64,000 bases of DNA from assembly GCF_052425735.1 (NCBI RefSeq), contig NC_135758.1, positions 28,768,001-28,832,000 of the forward strand, in the 5' to 3' direction. The stretch comes from Oculina patagonica (taxonomy: Eukaryota). Position numbers and translations under genes: made by a program. Below are positions 12,535-24,269 of the stretch, in pieces (position 1 is the first letter of the stretch; every line of letters starts with the position of its first letter). Under the pieces are notes generated by a model that ran no database searches, had not been told where the DNA came from, and was given only the letters and a program-made list of their open reading frames with translations.

Positions 12535-15500
12535 ATGGTGGACGTCGCTGAACAGCGCTACGCGAAGGACCTAAAAAAGGCAACCTACTACGTCAACGAG
12601 ATTAAGGAAATGGTCGATTTGAGTGTGAAAGAGGATTTGTTGTCTGCTTACGAAAAGATATGTGACATAAGCAAGACTCTGGAGGCTTCGGCAAATCTTG
12701 TCAAGGACGCCATGTTGGAGGCTGAAAAATCATTTGAAGAAGTAAAAGGCTGGTCACAAGCTCGCAAGGTAGATTTCGTACCTATTCATGAGTTGAGAAG
12801 CAGACTTGCGAATGAGTTAAGCGAACTGGAGAAACGGGAGTTGCACAAACGGGAGGAAGATTGGTTCGCAAAGAAGGTTGAGCTCGAAATGGAATTGGAG
12901 AAGAAGAAGGTCGAGCAAGCAATGGCCAAACCCCAAGCAGTGAAGTTGCAGAAGTACACAATAACACCATTCCATGGGGACTGTAAGGATTGGCTTCGCT
13001 TTTGGAACCAGTTTGTTGTGGAAGTGGACAGCTCGAAGATTTCTGAGATAAGTAAATTCAATTATTTACTAGAATTAGTTGAGGGGGAACCGAGAGAGCA
13101 CATTTTGGGGCTGCCACACACCCCTGAAGGCTATAACGAAGCAAAGAAGATTCTTGAAATGACTTTTGGAAAGGACATTAAGGTCCACAAGGCCTTAATT
13201 AATGATTTAGAAGCCTTGCCAAAAATAACCAGTGTACACAAAATCAGAGAGGTGCACGAGTTTTACAAACAGTTGTCTAAGACAGTCCGAACCTTAGCTA
13301 CTATGAAGAAACTAGAGGGTGCCCAGAGTTATGTGTACAGTATAATGGACAAACTGGGTCCTGTGAGAGAGGCTATGGCCCAAAAAGATGATGACTGGGA
13401 AGAATGGGGACTCATGGAGCTAGTTGATAATTTAAGGAAGTACACAGACCGAAATCCCCTACCCTTAGTGGAATCCAGCCCACCAGCTTCAAGTGATACT
13501 GTACCTGAGAAACAATACAGTCATCCAAAAAGGGAAGACAAATTGCTGATGTCCGGGGGAACCTCACGGCAGCCACAATGGCCTCCACCCTGTGTCTACT
13601 GTAGCTTGAAAAATCATCGTAGCAGTGATTGTACGAAAGTCTTAGATATTGCTAGTAGAAGAGAGCATTTGGCCAGAAATAAGTTGTGTTACAATTGTGC
13701 CAAGCCTGGGCATCTGGTTTCCAAATGCGAAAAGCGAGGGTGTGGGAAGTGCAAGGGGAGACACCATACCTCTATATGTGACAGGATGAAGACAACGCTT
13801 TCACCCCACCCCACCCCTGTGACATCGGGCAGGTCTGAGAGGTTTTATGGTGTAGTAGATGCTCAAACTACATTGCATGCAACCGTCATTGCTAAGATCA
13901 GTGGAATACAGGCTCGAATCATGTTGGATAGTGGAGCCGGAAGCTCTTACATAAGCTCAAATCTGCTTACCAAGTTGAACCTTAAGCCATACCAAACTGA
14001 AAGGAGGGTCATTGAGCAAATGTATGGGACAGTCGACAGACAAGTGGAGATATACAAAGTCACTGTCGAGTCAAATGTTATTGAGGGCTTTGGATTTGAA
14101 CTAGAGTGCATAAATGCAGAAAAGCCAGTCCTGACTCACCTTCCCAACCCAAGAATTTCAGAGTTGAAGAAAGCTAATCACCGGATAAGGAGATTAAACT
14201 TCAGTGAGGAAGCAGCAACAGAAGATAACCTACCGGTGCATGTGATCCTGGGGGCTGCAGATATACAGCGAATTAAAACAACCGAGCCTGCTGTTCTGGG
14301 TACAAATCCTGATGCTGATCCAGGAGCAGAGTTCACTATGCTGGGTTGGACTATCACAGGAAAGTCAATGTTGTCAGGTACTGAGACTGAGAAGGGTTTC
14401 TTTTTGAAATCAAGCCAAGATGAATTCAAACAGATGTGTTCGCAGGAAGTCTTGGGACTTTCAGATGAACCTGATGAGCAAGGGTTGTTCCATGAAGATT
14501 TCAAGAATCAGCTACAACGTTTAGAAGATGGAACTTACTCAACAAGGTTACCATGGAAGTCACATCAGCTCTCTTTGCCATCTAACAGAGAACTGACCTT
14601 AGGAAGGTTGCAGAGTACTACCCGAAAGCTAGAGAGGATGCAGAAACTTGAAGAGTATCACACAGTTATGGAACAACAACTGGAAGAGGGAATTTTGGAG
14701 CTGGTGCCAGAAGTCCAAACAGGGGAAGTGATTCATTACATCCCACATCAAGCTGTGATTAGAGAGGAGGCAGAGTCTACAAAGATGAGAATTGTGTATG
14801 ATTGCTCAGCAAAACGAAACCCACAGTCTCCATCATTGAATGACTGTCTGGAGGTTGGCCCTCCATTACAGCCAGCAATCTTTGACATCTTGCTCAGAAA
14901 CAGGATGAAACCTTTCTGCATTACTGGAGACATACAAAAAGCCTTTCTTCAAATTAAAATCAGTCCAGAGGACAGAGATGCCCTTCGCCTGTTGTGGTAC
15001 GATGATTTAAAGGAAAGGAACATTGTACAATACCGCTTTACAAGAGTTATTTTTGGGTCCGGTCCAAGCCCATACATCCTTGGTGCTACGCTTGAGAAAC
15101 ACATTAGTCAGTATGAAGAAAAATACCCTGAAACTGTGAATGAGTTGCTTCTGAATACCTATGTAGATGATGTGCAGTCTGGTGGTGATGGCAAGGAGGA
15201 ATTACTGAAATTCAAGGAGGAAGCAACAGAGATTATGGGCGAAGGTGGATTTCAGCTGCACAAGTGGCACAGTAATATTCCGGGAATCGAGAAACTGAGT
15301 AATAATGAACTGGAACCACCTCAAGTAGATTCAACTTATGCCAAGGAGACCGTTGGAACTCAGCCACATGAATCAAAGATCTTAGGAGTCCCATGGGACA
15401 AGGAAAAAGACACGTTTTCCATAAACTTTGCAAAAGCTTTGAATGGTGTTGAGAAGGGACCATTGACAAAGAGAAAGATGTTGTCTGCTATCAATAGTAT

Positions 15501-17799
15501 CTTTGACCTGCTTGGAATTGCCGCACCCGTTGTCATCGTAGGAAAGATACTGTATAGCGAAGTTTGCCTTAGAAAGCTCAATTGGGATGAAGAGGTACCA
15601 GAGGACATACGCAAACCATGGGCTAAGTGGCTAAATGATATGAAGAAGTGTCCTTATGTGAGCATTTCCCGCAGCGTTGTTGGTGCAGGCCTGACCAAAA
15701 TGATCTTGCATGGATTTGCTGATGCCAGCAAGTTGGCTGTGTCAGTAGCTGTGTACACCTTAGCAATTCACACCTCTGCACCAGTGCAGCAGACTCTGCT
15801 TGTGGGAAAGTCGAGGATAGCACCAAGAGACCAAACAATTCCCCGCTTGGAACTTGTTGCAGCACATACCCTGAGCAAACTGATGCACCATTTGAAGGAA
15901 GTCTTGAAAGATCAACGCATTGAAGAATATCACTGTTGGGTTGACAGTACGACAGTGCTTTACTGGATCAAGGGCCAAGGGACGTGGTCCCAATTTGTAC
16001 GTAACAGAACCAAAGCTATCCAAGACAAGGAGTACTTACAGTGGCATTACGTACCAACCGGCGACAACCCCAGTGATCAAGGAAGCCGTGGCGTCGCACC
16101 TAGCAAAATGGGGGAGTTGTGGTTTCGAGGACCAGAGTGGCTTAGTGCTCATGACCAATGGCCAGATCAACCTGAAGTGTCTGGGAGCCCAGAGAATGAC
16201 AAGGAAAGAGTGACACCTAAGCATGAAAAACAGTTCCTAGTCAAAGAAATGGAAGTAGAAAATGAGACAAGGGACACTCTTCTGGGCAAATACACGTCTT
16301 ACTGGAAGCTTCTACGAGTAACTGCATTCGTAATGCGATTCATAAACAATTGCAGAAAGCATAAGAAGCAGAAAGGGCCACTAATGACTGAAGAACTCCA
16401 GGCAGCAGAGAATTTCTGGATCATTCAGGCACAGGCAGCACAAGAGCTAAAGTCAGATGTGAAGTTAAGGGCGGACGAAGAAGGAATATTGAGATGTGTC
16501 GGCAGAGTTCCCAATTATCATCCAGTTTTCCTACCACGAAACAGCAAGTTGGCTGCCTTGATCGTTCAGCAAGTTCACGAGCAGATGCTGCATGGGGGAG
16601 TTTCGACAACCATGTGCCATGTGAGAGAAAACTATTGGGTACCAAAACTGAGGTCACTAGCAAAAACAGTGATCCATAATTGTAACCTTTGCAAACGGTA
16701 CTGGAAGAAACCAATTTCAACCTCACACAGCCCAGATTCTATTTTGCCAAGTTTCAGAACTGAACTGTCAAACCCTTTCACCGCCACAGGAGTGGATTTT
16801 GCCGGACCTGTCTACTACAAGATTACGAAGTCCACAACCTCAAAGGCATACATTGCACTATTCACCTGTGCCAGTACTAGAGCAGTGCATCTTAAGTTGT
16901 GTCGTGACCTGTCCGCTGAAGAGTTCCAGAGAGCACTAAAGGAATTTGTTGCCAGGAGAGGCTGCCCTCAGACCATTGTGAGTGACAATGGAAAAACGTT
17001 TGTTGCCACTGGGAAATGGTTATCTAAGCTGAAGAAAGACCAGAGTTTGGCAGACTATTTGGGGACTTTGGAGATAAAATGGAGATTTAACTTGGCCAGG
17101 GCACCATGGTGGGGAGGATTCTTTGAACGCCTTATTGGCATCATGAAGAGAAGTCTTTCAAAGGTGGTCGGCAAGAGCCTACTGACCTTCCAGGAACTAG
17201 AAGAAGTCTTGCTCGATGTTGAAATGACCATGAACAACAGGCCACTCCTCTATCAAGGAGAAGAATTTGAGAAACCGGTGCTTACCCCAAATACCCTACT
17301 CAGAGGAGAGCCCATCCCTATCCTGGAGGAAGACCTGGAGAAGATAGGGGAAGAGAATGTCACTAAGCGGATGAGGTTTTTGGAGAAAAGCAAACAGCAC
17401 CTTCGAAAGAGATTCATGAAGGAGTATGTTCATGCTCTTGAAGAAAGGCAGCAGAAGTCTGAAGGGAACACTGAGAAGATACCAGACATTGGGGCAGTGG
17501 TGATGCTAAAGGGTGAAGCGAAGGATAAGGCAATGTGGAAGCTGGGACGAGTCGTGAGCAAGATTACCGGCAAGGATGGAACAGTTCGTGGATTGAAGCT
17601 GAAGCAGGGCAATGGATACATCGTAGAGCGCCCCTTGCAACTTGTGTGCAACTTGGAGATTGGAGGGGAAGACCCTAAGTGGAAACCAAACCCTGAAGCC
17701 GAAGTTTTCGTCCCAAGAGTGGGACCAAGCCGAAGAGCCAAACAGATTGCTAATGATCAAATCAGGAACATTGTTGAACAGGAACTTAAGGACGATTAG
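12535..17799 (+). CDS. BEL/Pao Gag-Pol polyprotein
   Basis: ATG at 12535 in the 1759-codon frame. Three Cys/His knuckles (CVYC..H....C, CYNC..GH....C, CGKC..HH...C), protease LDSGA, RT YVDD, RNase H HGFADAS, integrase (GVDFAGP, SDNG, WWGGFFER). Confidence 0.95.
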   Translation: MVDVAEQRYAKDLKKATYYVNEIKEMVDLSVKEDLLSAYEKICDISKTLEASANLVKDAMLEAEKSFEEVKGWSQARKVDFVPIHELRSRLANELSELEKRELHKREEDWFAKKVELEMELEKKKVEQAMAKPQAVKLQKYTITPFHGDCKDWLRFWNQFVVEVDSSKISEISKFNYLLELVEGEPREHILGLPHTPEGYNEAKKILEMTFGKDIKVHKALINDLEALPKITSVHKIREVHEFYKQLSKTVRTLATMKKLEGAQSYVYSIMDKLGPVREAMAQKDDDWEEWGLMELVDNLRKYTDRNPLPLVESSPPASSDTVPEKQYSHPKREDKLLMSGGTSRQPQWPPPCVYCSLKNHRSSDCTKVLDIASRREHLARNKLCYNCAKPGHLVSKCEKRGCGKCKGRHHTSICDRMKTTLSPHPTPVTSGRSERFYGVVDAQTTLHATVIAKISGIQARIMLDSGAGSSYISSNLLTKLNLKPYQTERRVIEQMYGTVDRQVEIYKVTVESNVIEGFGFELECINAEKPVLTHLPNPRISELKKANHRIRRLNFSEEAATEDNLPVHVILGAADIQRIKTTEPAVLGTNPDADPGAEFTMLGWTITGKSMLSGTETEKGFFLKSSQDEFKQMCSQEVLGLSDEPDEQGLFHEDFKNQLQRLEDGTYSTRLPWKSHQLSLPSNRELTLGRLQSTTRKLERMQKLEEYHTVMEQQLEEGILELVPEVQTGEVIHYIPHQAVIREEAESTKMRIVYDCSAKRNPQSPSLNDCLEVGPPLQPAIFDILLRNRMKPFCITGDIQKAFLQIKISPEDRDALRLLWYDDLKERNIVQYRFTRVIFGSGPSPYILGATLEKHISQYEEKYPETVNELLLNTYVDDVQSGGDGKEELLKFKEEATEIMGEGGFQLHKWHSNIPGIEKLSNNELEPPQVDSTYAKETVGTQPHESKILGVPWDKEKDTFSINFAKALNGVEKGPLTKRKMLSAINSIFDLLGIAAPVVIVGKILYSEVCLRKLNWDEEVPEDIRKPWAKWLNDMKKCPYVSISRSVVGAGLTKMILHGFADASKLAVSVAVYTLAIHTSAPVQQTLLVGKSRIAPRDQTIPRLELVAAHTLSKLMHHLKEVLKDQRIEEYHCWVDSTTVLYWIKGQGTWSQFVRNRTKAIQDKEYLQWHYVPTGDNPSDQGSRGVAPSKMGELWFRGPEWLSAHDQWPDQPEVSGSPENDKERVTPKHEKQFLVKEMEVENETRDTLLGKYTSYWKLLRVTAFVMRFINNCRKHKKQKGPLMTEELQAAENFWIIQAQAAQELKSDVKLRADEEGILRCVGRVPNYHPVFLPRNSKLAALIVQQVHEQMLHGGVSTTMCHVRENYWVPKLRSLAKTVIHNCNLCKRYWKKPISTSHSPDSILPSFRTELSNPFTATGVDFAGPVYYKITKSTTSKAYIALFTCASTRAVHLKLCRDLSAEEFQRALKEFVARRGCPQTIVSDNGKTFVATGKWLSKLKKDQSLADYLGTLEIKWRFNLARAPWWGGFFERLIGIMKRSLSKVVGKSLLTFQELEEVLLDVEMTMNNRPLLYQGEEFEKPVLTPNTLLRGEPIPILEEDLEKIGEENVTKRMRFLEKSKQHLRKRFMKEYVHALEERQQKSEGNTEKIPDIGAVVMLKGEAKDKAMWKLGRVVSKITGKDGTVRGLKLKQGNGYIVERPLQLVCNLEIGGEDPKWKPNPEAEVFVPRVGPSRRAKQIANDQIRNIVEQELKDD

Positions 17800-17835
17800 A
17801 GTGACATTTAAGGTGTTAAGTTAGAACACTTAAAT

Positions 17836-17845
17836 GGGGGGAGAG
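17836..17845 (+). promoter_or_regulatory. Polypurine tract
   Basis: GGGGGGAGAG immediately 5' of the 3' LTR. Confidence 0.85.
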
Positions 17846-18050
17846 TGTCCGAAATCATAATTTATGCAAATTGTAATTATGCAAAAATCACGTGATTAAA
17901 AAAGTACGGACCTCGTGAAGGAAAACCTTCGGTTCTTGAAGTTTTGTAAGCGGACGGGTCGATTAAGGATTTACATATTAAACAAGGACGAGTCTAGTGA
18001 CTGTGAGCGTGTTTCTTTATTTGGTGTACTGGGAGTAACCTTTTCCCACA
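17846..18050 (+). repeat. 3' LTR
   Basis: Identical to the 5' LTR. Confidence 0.95.
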
Positions 18051-21000
18051 AAGTCTACAATGTACAAGACCAGTTTTCTGTTTTAAAGAAATGCCGCACG
18101 ACGTTGGACTGTTTAATTACTAGTAATTATTAGAAACATAAAGCCGAAACTTAACACGCAATCAGATTCTGTGCGTGCTAAACTGTTTATAAATCTTAAT
18201 ATGCTAATATATTATCACACCCTAGATCACTATATAAGCCTGAACTCCGTATTATAATTTTAACTTGATAATGATGACATGGCGTCATCGAAACGTTGTT
18301 CTATTTTCCTATCGCTTATTTTTCTTCTCAAATGTTTCACAAAACATTTTGTTATTCGAAAGCTACAAAAACACTTATAAATATCACTTAACACATTTAA
18401 TGATGTTGCAATTAGCGAAGCGCACTAATGACGTCACAGAATTTGACCCCCGGTGTGAGTCAAAATTCGGACAAACAAACCGCTCTGTAAGAGCAATGTA
18501 TGGTTGGCGGGCACTTTGGAGGCATATTTAGCGATTGTTTCACAAAACCTGATGGCCAGATTGGCTCGGACTTCGGAAAGCCTTACCTGTGCAACGTAGA
18601 AAGCTCAAACCGTGGTTTGAAACAAAAGGTTTGTCAAACAGAGCGATTATTCTGATTATTCAATAAATGTGTAAAATGTTTTACTCTCAGTTATTGAATG
18701 GATTATAAAGGCCCGATTTGCTGCCGGGATTTGCTGAAAGAAAACATTTATTTTTTATGAGAAATGCAAAGCGTTTACACTGTTCTTAGCATAATATTTT
18801 CGCCCTCTATCTATCATGTGTCGAAACAGATCGGATGGCCGGCGATCAGTGCCGTCAAATTCGGGAAGAATTCTGAACTTCTTGCAACCGACGATCTTTC
18901 CGGTGCCTAAATGAAGCAAACATACAAGTGCTATCCTTCGCAATTATATAATTCGATAGTAATTCGCTATCCGCCGCTTAAATTTCTCGGCAGCCTGAAT
19001 AATTTTGCAGTGGAAATCAAGGTGTCATTACCGGATCTTCGACTAATAAATTCAATTTTGGGCCATTTTTTGGATACCTTCAATCTGTTTTTCACTTACT
19101 AAAGCAAAAATGTTTGAAATCTATCATTTTTCGAGCCTTTCGAGAATCTCGGCCTCAAATTGTGCCTTTCTCGCCCTTTTTTTCTTGTCAAGAATGCGTC
19201 CCCTCCATACAAAGCCTTTGCCAAAACTAAAATTGTTGTCCGACTCACGACTCACTGTGGTGAAATCTATTTTTAGTAATAGTGCGCTTTGCTAGATGAT
19301 GTTGCAATTCTAAATTGTGCAACTCAGCAGAAATAATCAATTGTTATGAAATGAGTTCCTTTTGGTTAACTATTAGCAACGTTTTAGTGTGTTCGTGCGG
19401 GTTATGTTTGACCTCCTGACCTCTTTCAGTGCTTTGGCTAAATTAAAGGCACGGCGCCGCACTTGAGAAACACACAAGTCGTGTTTGCGTTAGTCACGGA
19501 GTGAACGTGACATGAATTTCCTTTACCACGTCATCTTTTGCTTATTAAAATCACATGCCTAGCCGGAAAAATGCCTGCTTAGCATGCAAATATTTATTTT
19601 GTTCCGAATGTTCAATAAAATAACCCAAACCAGTTCATTTAAAAGAAAGCCAAATCAAGCCAAAATAAAGAGTAGACTATAAAGGCTATCCCATTGTGTT
19701 TCTCCGTTTAGCGTCTTCCGACAAGCTTTTGGTAATTCCCCTGACGCGATGACGTGTATCCCGTGCTTTGACACATTCTTGCTGAGCTTGCAACTTACGT
19801 TTCGATAACGTTTCGATTCTCAAAATACCGTAAACTCAAAACAAAAATTGGGATATCCAGAAAATAAGTCGTTGTTTTGCAATATTTAACACGTTCCGGG
19901 TAAATTGTACGACTTGTACTCGCTCTGAGCCAAACGCTTGAGTAACACAAAAATAAATATTTCACACAAACAGAGCGCAGAGTTTTCAAACTGAAACTAG
20001 GTGAATGATTATTTATAGCTACAAGCGAGAGATCGCGTGACATGGGTCTGACGTAGTGGTAGTTTTAAATAGCTTGGACATGTCCAAGCGGTCTTTGTTT
20101 TCGCTATGTGATTTTAGGTTAAATTAATATTAGCCCCTAAAGACTTGTACTGGTAAAAATTGCGTTCTTAATCGTTTTAAACTTCGCAGCCTTCGAGCGC
20201 TGAACCCCTTACATTCTTAATTGGTTATGTGACGTAAGATTTGGGCTACTCACGTTTAAATTTGACAAGTCACGTTTTTTCTACAAGAACGGAAGTGCTG
20301 AAGCACAGCTACAGAGTGACACTTTCCAAGTCACGCGCTTTGATCACCCACAGCGGAAAGTATTCCCTTGAGAAATTAAAACAGTCCCTTGAGAGTTAAC
20401 AAGAATGCAATCCCTTCCGGTTCAGATTTTGGCCCAGGTAAACGCTATTCTACTTTTTTTGCTTGTATAAAACAAGCAAAAAAAGTCGAAAAAAAGGGCA
20501 TGCATTAGATCACGCCTAACAGATGCTGTTCGTTTTAAAATCCTAAAATCCCAACTAAATGTGAAAAAAGAAAAAAAGATTCAAGATGAGGCCAAGAAAC
20601 CTTTGAATGGCATTACTGAAAAATTTTGAATACTTAAAAAGCCGTGAAATTAACATGCCGTGATAAAATTTAATTAACTATCCGCGCCAAAGGGCAAGTT
20701 TTCATTTTGCCGTCAATTAATTCACTCGATGGCTTTACCGATCCTTTTAAAAACTCCATTCTAGCTTGTAGAAATTATTATATAATTACTTTACATTTCC
20801 ATTTTGTTTTCTGAGCTCTTGAAAAGTGTGCGAGTAAAGTTTTTACATCAAGAACTAAAGGTTGTTTTGTTGTGCAAACATTCAATTCGTCTGTGACAGA
20901 CAACTTTGTCGGGCCAACGGTACATGGATGAAAATGCATGGACCAAATGGACACAATTCTTGCTAAATGGAAAATATCTTCAAAGTGGGGTCTGGCCGAA

Positions 21001-21095
21001 AAGTTCTTTGGCTAGCAGCCGTTTTCAAAAGCAGAAGCTTGCTGCAAAAAAACATTGCGTGACTGACGTAATGGCTTTTCATGTACAAAAAGTCG

Positions 21096-21734
21096 AACGC
21101 TTGAATAACACAAAAATATATTTCACGTACGCTTAACAGAAATCAGGGTTTAGATAAAATTTTAAATAGGAGAGTGATCAAATAGCTCCTGCTGAGTAAA
21201 CATCAAAAGTGCGTGTTTTGAATCCTGGCCAAGAAAGCGGCCGAGTGAACTACTGAGACAAACAAGGTAAATACGGTGCCTCAATCTAGAAATAGATGTT
21301 ATTTGTTTCAAAAGCCTGAAAACCCCAACTTAACGTGAAAAAATAAATGAAACATGAAAAAAAGTTTCAGATGAATTTTTATTCAAGATGGGGTCAGGAA
21401 AAATTTCGAAAGGAATTAAGAAAAAGAAAATTTCAAAACCGTGAAATTTTGTAGCCGTGGTAGAATTTAATTATATGCAATTACCTAAACCAGGATTTCA
21501 TTTTGTAGTCCATTTTGTTTCAATAAAAAAAAATAATTGCTTGGACGTGTCAAAAAATCACCGGTTTCGCAAACCAGTACTCAAACGCTTGAATAACACA
21601 AAAATATATATTTCACGCTTAAGAGAATTGAGGGTATTAGATAAAATTTAAAATAGGAGAGTGATTTAATAGCTTCTGCCGAGTAAACATCAAGGGTGCG
21701 TGATTTGAATCCTGGCCAAGAAAGTGGCCGAGTG
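21096..21734. repeat. Degenerate direct repeats, ~490-bp period
   Basis: aacgcttgaataacacaaaaatata...gaatcctggccaagaaag(c/t)ggccgagtg at 21096 and 21584. Related pieces at ~19930, ~20500, ~21290 and ~11110. Confidence 0.75.
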
Positions 21735-21758
21735 GGTCTGGAACGATTTACCGACAAG

Positions 21759-21808
<50 letters not shown>
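21759..21808. repeat. (CTA)n microsatellite
   Basis: Directly visible, followed by (CGA)3. Confidence 0.95.
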
Positions 21809-21874
21809 GACGACGAAAAAATTCCGGGCGATTTATGAACCGGGCCGGCCGGCCCAGTCTCCGCCCGGTTAATT

Positions 21875-23218
21875 ATGTCTTTGTTCACAAAGAACTGGCA
21901 AAAGGATTATAAAGAAAGATGTAAGTTTATGTTTAATAGCGACACTCTAAGTGACGTCAAATTTGTTGTTCAAGCTTCCCAAAAATATGGAGAGCGTGAC
22001 AGCAAGAGAAGCAAGATGGAAATTCCAGCTCACAAGTTCTTGTTGTCGATTTGCAGTCCTGTGTTTTTTGCTATGTTTTGCGGTGAAATGGCCGAAACCA
22101 AAGAACATATTGATCTCCCTGACTGTGAATACGAAGGTATGTTGGAGTTGTTGCGTTACATCTACACTGATGAAGTTTGCTTTAACGAAAATAACGTGAT
22201 GCAAGTGTTGTATCTGGCCGAGAAATACATGATTCCTAGCCTGACCAGTAAATGTAATGAATATTTACAAGCCTACATGGATCCTTCAAATGTGTTTTGC
22301 ATCTTAAAACACGCTCAGAAGTTTGAAAATAAAGATCTTCTGTTTGAATGTTGGGATTTCATTGACAATGTGACAGACAAGGCCTTGAAATCAGACGAAT
22401 TTTTGACAATCGAGAGATCATTACTTGAGGAACTTGTGCAGAGAGATACGCTAAACGTCACAGAGGTGGAGTTATTCAAGGCTGTAAATTGCTGGGCCAA
22501 GGAAGAATGCATGAGATTAGGCCTTACGCTTGACGGCTCTGTCAAAAGACAAATCCTTGGGGAGCAGGTTATCAAGTGTTTACGCTTTCCAATTATGGAG
22601 AAGAGGGAATTTGAGGAGTTTGTCCTTAACAGCAATATATTAACACAAGAGGAAACAAGCAACATCATGAAAAATTTCATATGCACCGTAACTTTACCAG
22701 TTGGATTCTTGGAAGCTGAGAGAAGGGGGTGCTTTTTGCGGTGTTCCAGGTTCTCGAAATTTCTCAAGCGTGATGGTTTTTATTGGGATAACAGTCCTGA
22801 TTCATTACCCGATATAATGACAATGACAGTGGACAAAGAGATATTGTTACGCGGTGTCTCTCTTTTTGGACAAAATCACTCTGATTATTCAGTTACCTTA
22901 AGTATCTCAAAGGATGAAGATACATCAGTTCTTACGACCGTATCTGGAAATTTTACTGCTGAGAAAAAGAAGTGCAAGGGCAACTACTATCATGGTTTTG
23001 ACGTACTATTTGATCACTCAGTGGCGTTGACAAAAAATGTTAAGTACTGTATTGAAGCTTCAATAGATGGGCCCAGCTGTTTTTTTGGAAATGAGGGTTT
23101 CGAGTTAGTTGACTGTGAAGGAGTGAGTTTTAGGTTTGGGTTTGACTGGGAAAATGATAGAGCTAGTGAACTCTTCAATCCTGGTCAAATTCCAGAGATT
23201 CTGTTTGAAGTAATATAA
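21875..23218 (+). CDS. BTB/POZ-BACK-PHR protein, intact
   Basis: 447-aa ORF with the same BTB/BACK motifs. Ends in GQIPEILF, the canonical PHR-domain C-terminus. Confidence 0.93.
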   Translation: MSLFTKNWQKDYKERCKFMFNSDTLSDVKFVVQASQKYGERDSKRSKMEIPAHKFLLSICSPVFFAMFCGEMAETKEHIDLPDCEYEGMLELLRYIYTDEVCFNENNVMQVLYLAEKYMIPSLTSKCNEYLQAYMDPSNVFCILKHAQKFENKDLLFECWDFIDNVTDKALKSDEFLTIERSLLEELVQRDTLNVTEVELFKAVNCWAKEECMRLGLTLDGSVKRQILGEQVIKCLRFPIMEKREFEEFVLNSNILTQEETSNIMKNFICTVTLPVGFLEAERRGCFLRCSRFSKFLKRDGFYWDNSPDSLPDIMTMTVDKEILLRGVSLFGQNHSDYSVTLSISKDEDTSVLTTVSGNFTAEKKKCKGNYYHGFDVLFDHSVALTKNVKYCIEASIDGPSCFFGNEGFELVDCEGVSFRFGFDWENDRASELFNPGQIPEILFEVI

Positions 23219-23420
23219 TCTTAAACAGTAAAAAGAACTTAAGGGACCATTCATTTTTTATGGGGTGTGGGGGGGGGGGGGGGGGTGGGATTTGATAGAT
23301 AGTCTCTGTTGAGATTGGGACGAGTCTCATGGCGACCGGAGGCTGATTTCAGTGTGGCCTTCTTTTTCCCCAGCAAAGCGTTATCTTTGGTATTTGAGAC
23401 TTCAAAATGCGCCCTTTTTA

Positions 23421-24269
23421 ATGGGTGCAAATAGAAAGAAACGAAAACAACGAAATACTGGCTCGCCTCCCTCCAAAACTTCAAAAATGAGCGCATCGCC
23501 TGGCAGCGCTTCGGCTGACGAAAGCGGCGAGGCGGTCTCCAACAAGGAAATCTGGAAAATACTAAAGACAATACAAGAGAATACGGACCAACTCTTGAAG
23601 GAAAACAAAGACCTCAAAGAGCAGTACGCAGAGCTGAGAACATCTTTGGAGTTCCACGTCGAAAAGTTGGAGAAAGTGGAAAAAGAAAATGTAAACCTCA
23701 AGACTGAGGTCACGAGATTACAAAATGCTCTGAACAAAGAGGCTGACCAAGTGAGTAAACTTCGCAATGATCTAAAAGCAACAAACTCTAATCTAGACGA
23801 CCTCGAACAATATACTCGAAAGTACAATTTAGAATTTCATGATTTTCCCGAACAAGACGACGAAAATATCGCTGAGCTCATCATTAAACTCGGAAATCTG
23901 TTAAACGTCAAAATTGCAAAAGGTGATATTGATATTTGCCACAGGATGGCGCAAAACCCGCGATTTGCACACAAGCCTCGACCTATCATAGTGCGATTTA
24001 GATCATATCGTGCAAAGAAGGAGCTCTACTCCGCGCGTAAGCAGCTCAGACGTATCGACGTGAATCAAGTATTTCCAGGTACCACACAAGTCTTTATAAA
24101 CGAAAACTTGACCAAGTCGCGACGCCAACTTTTTGGAAAAGCAAGGAAAGCAAAAGACGACAAAGAATGGCATAGTGCGTGGACCATCGATGGAAAAATA
24201 TTTATTAAAAGATCCGTGGATGAGCGGCCCATTCGTATCCTTAAAGCTGAAGACCTCAACATTAGTTAA
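23421..24269 (+). CDS. LINE ORF1p (coiled coil plus L1-type RNA-binding domain)
   Basis: ATG 23421. Heptad-rich N-terminal half; LEQYTRKYNL, PRPIIVRF, FINENLT and WTIDGKIFIK motifs. Confidence 0.85.
   Translation: MGANRKKRKQRNTGSPPSKTSKMSASPGSASADESGEAVSNKEIWKILKTIQENTDQLLKENKDLKEQYAELRTSLEFHVEKLEKVEKENVNLKTEVTRLQNALNKEADQVSKLRNDLKATNSNLDDLEQYTRKYNLEFHDFPEQDDENIAELIIKLGNLLNVKIAKGDIDICHRMAQNPRFAHKPRPIIVRFRSYRAKKELYSARKQLRRIDVNQVFPGTTQVFINENLTKSRRQLFGKARKAKDDKEWHSAWTIDGKIFIKRSVDERPIRILKAEDLNIS

Larger units (their letters stand above)
12250..18050 (+). mobile_element. Full-length BEL/Pao LTR retrotransposon
   Basis: Two identical 205-bp TG...CA LTRs, PBS, PPT, a single gag-pol ORF, and AAGT repeated on both flanks. 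Confidence 0.97.

Noticed and set aside
21724-21912. ORF with poly-Leu resembling a signal peptide
   Set aside because: Translation of the (CTA)n microsatellite from a non-ATG start.
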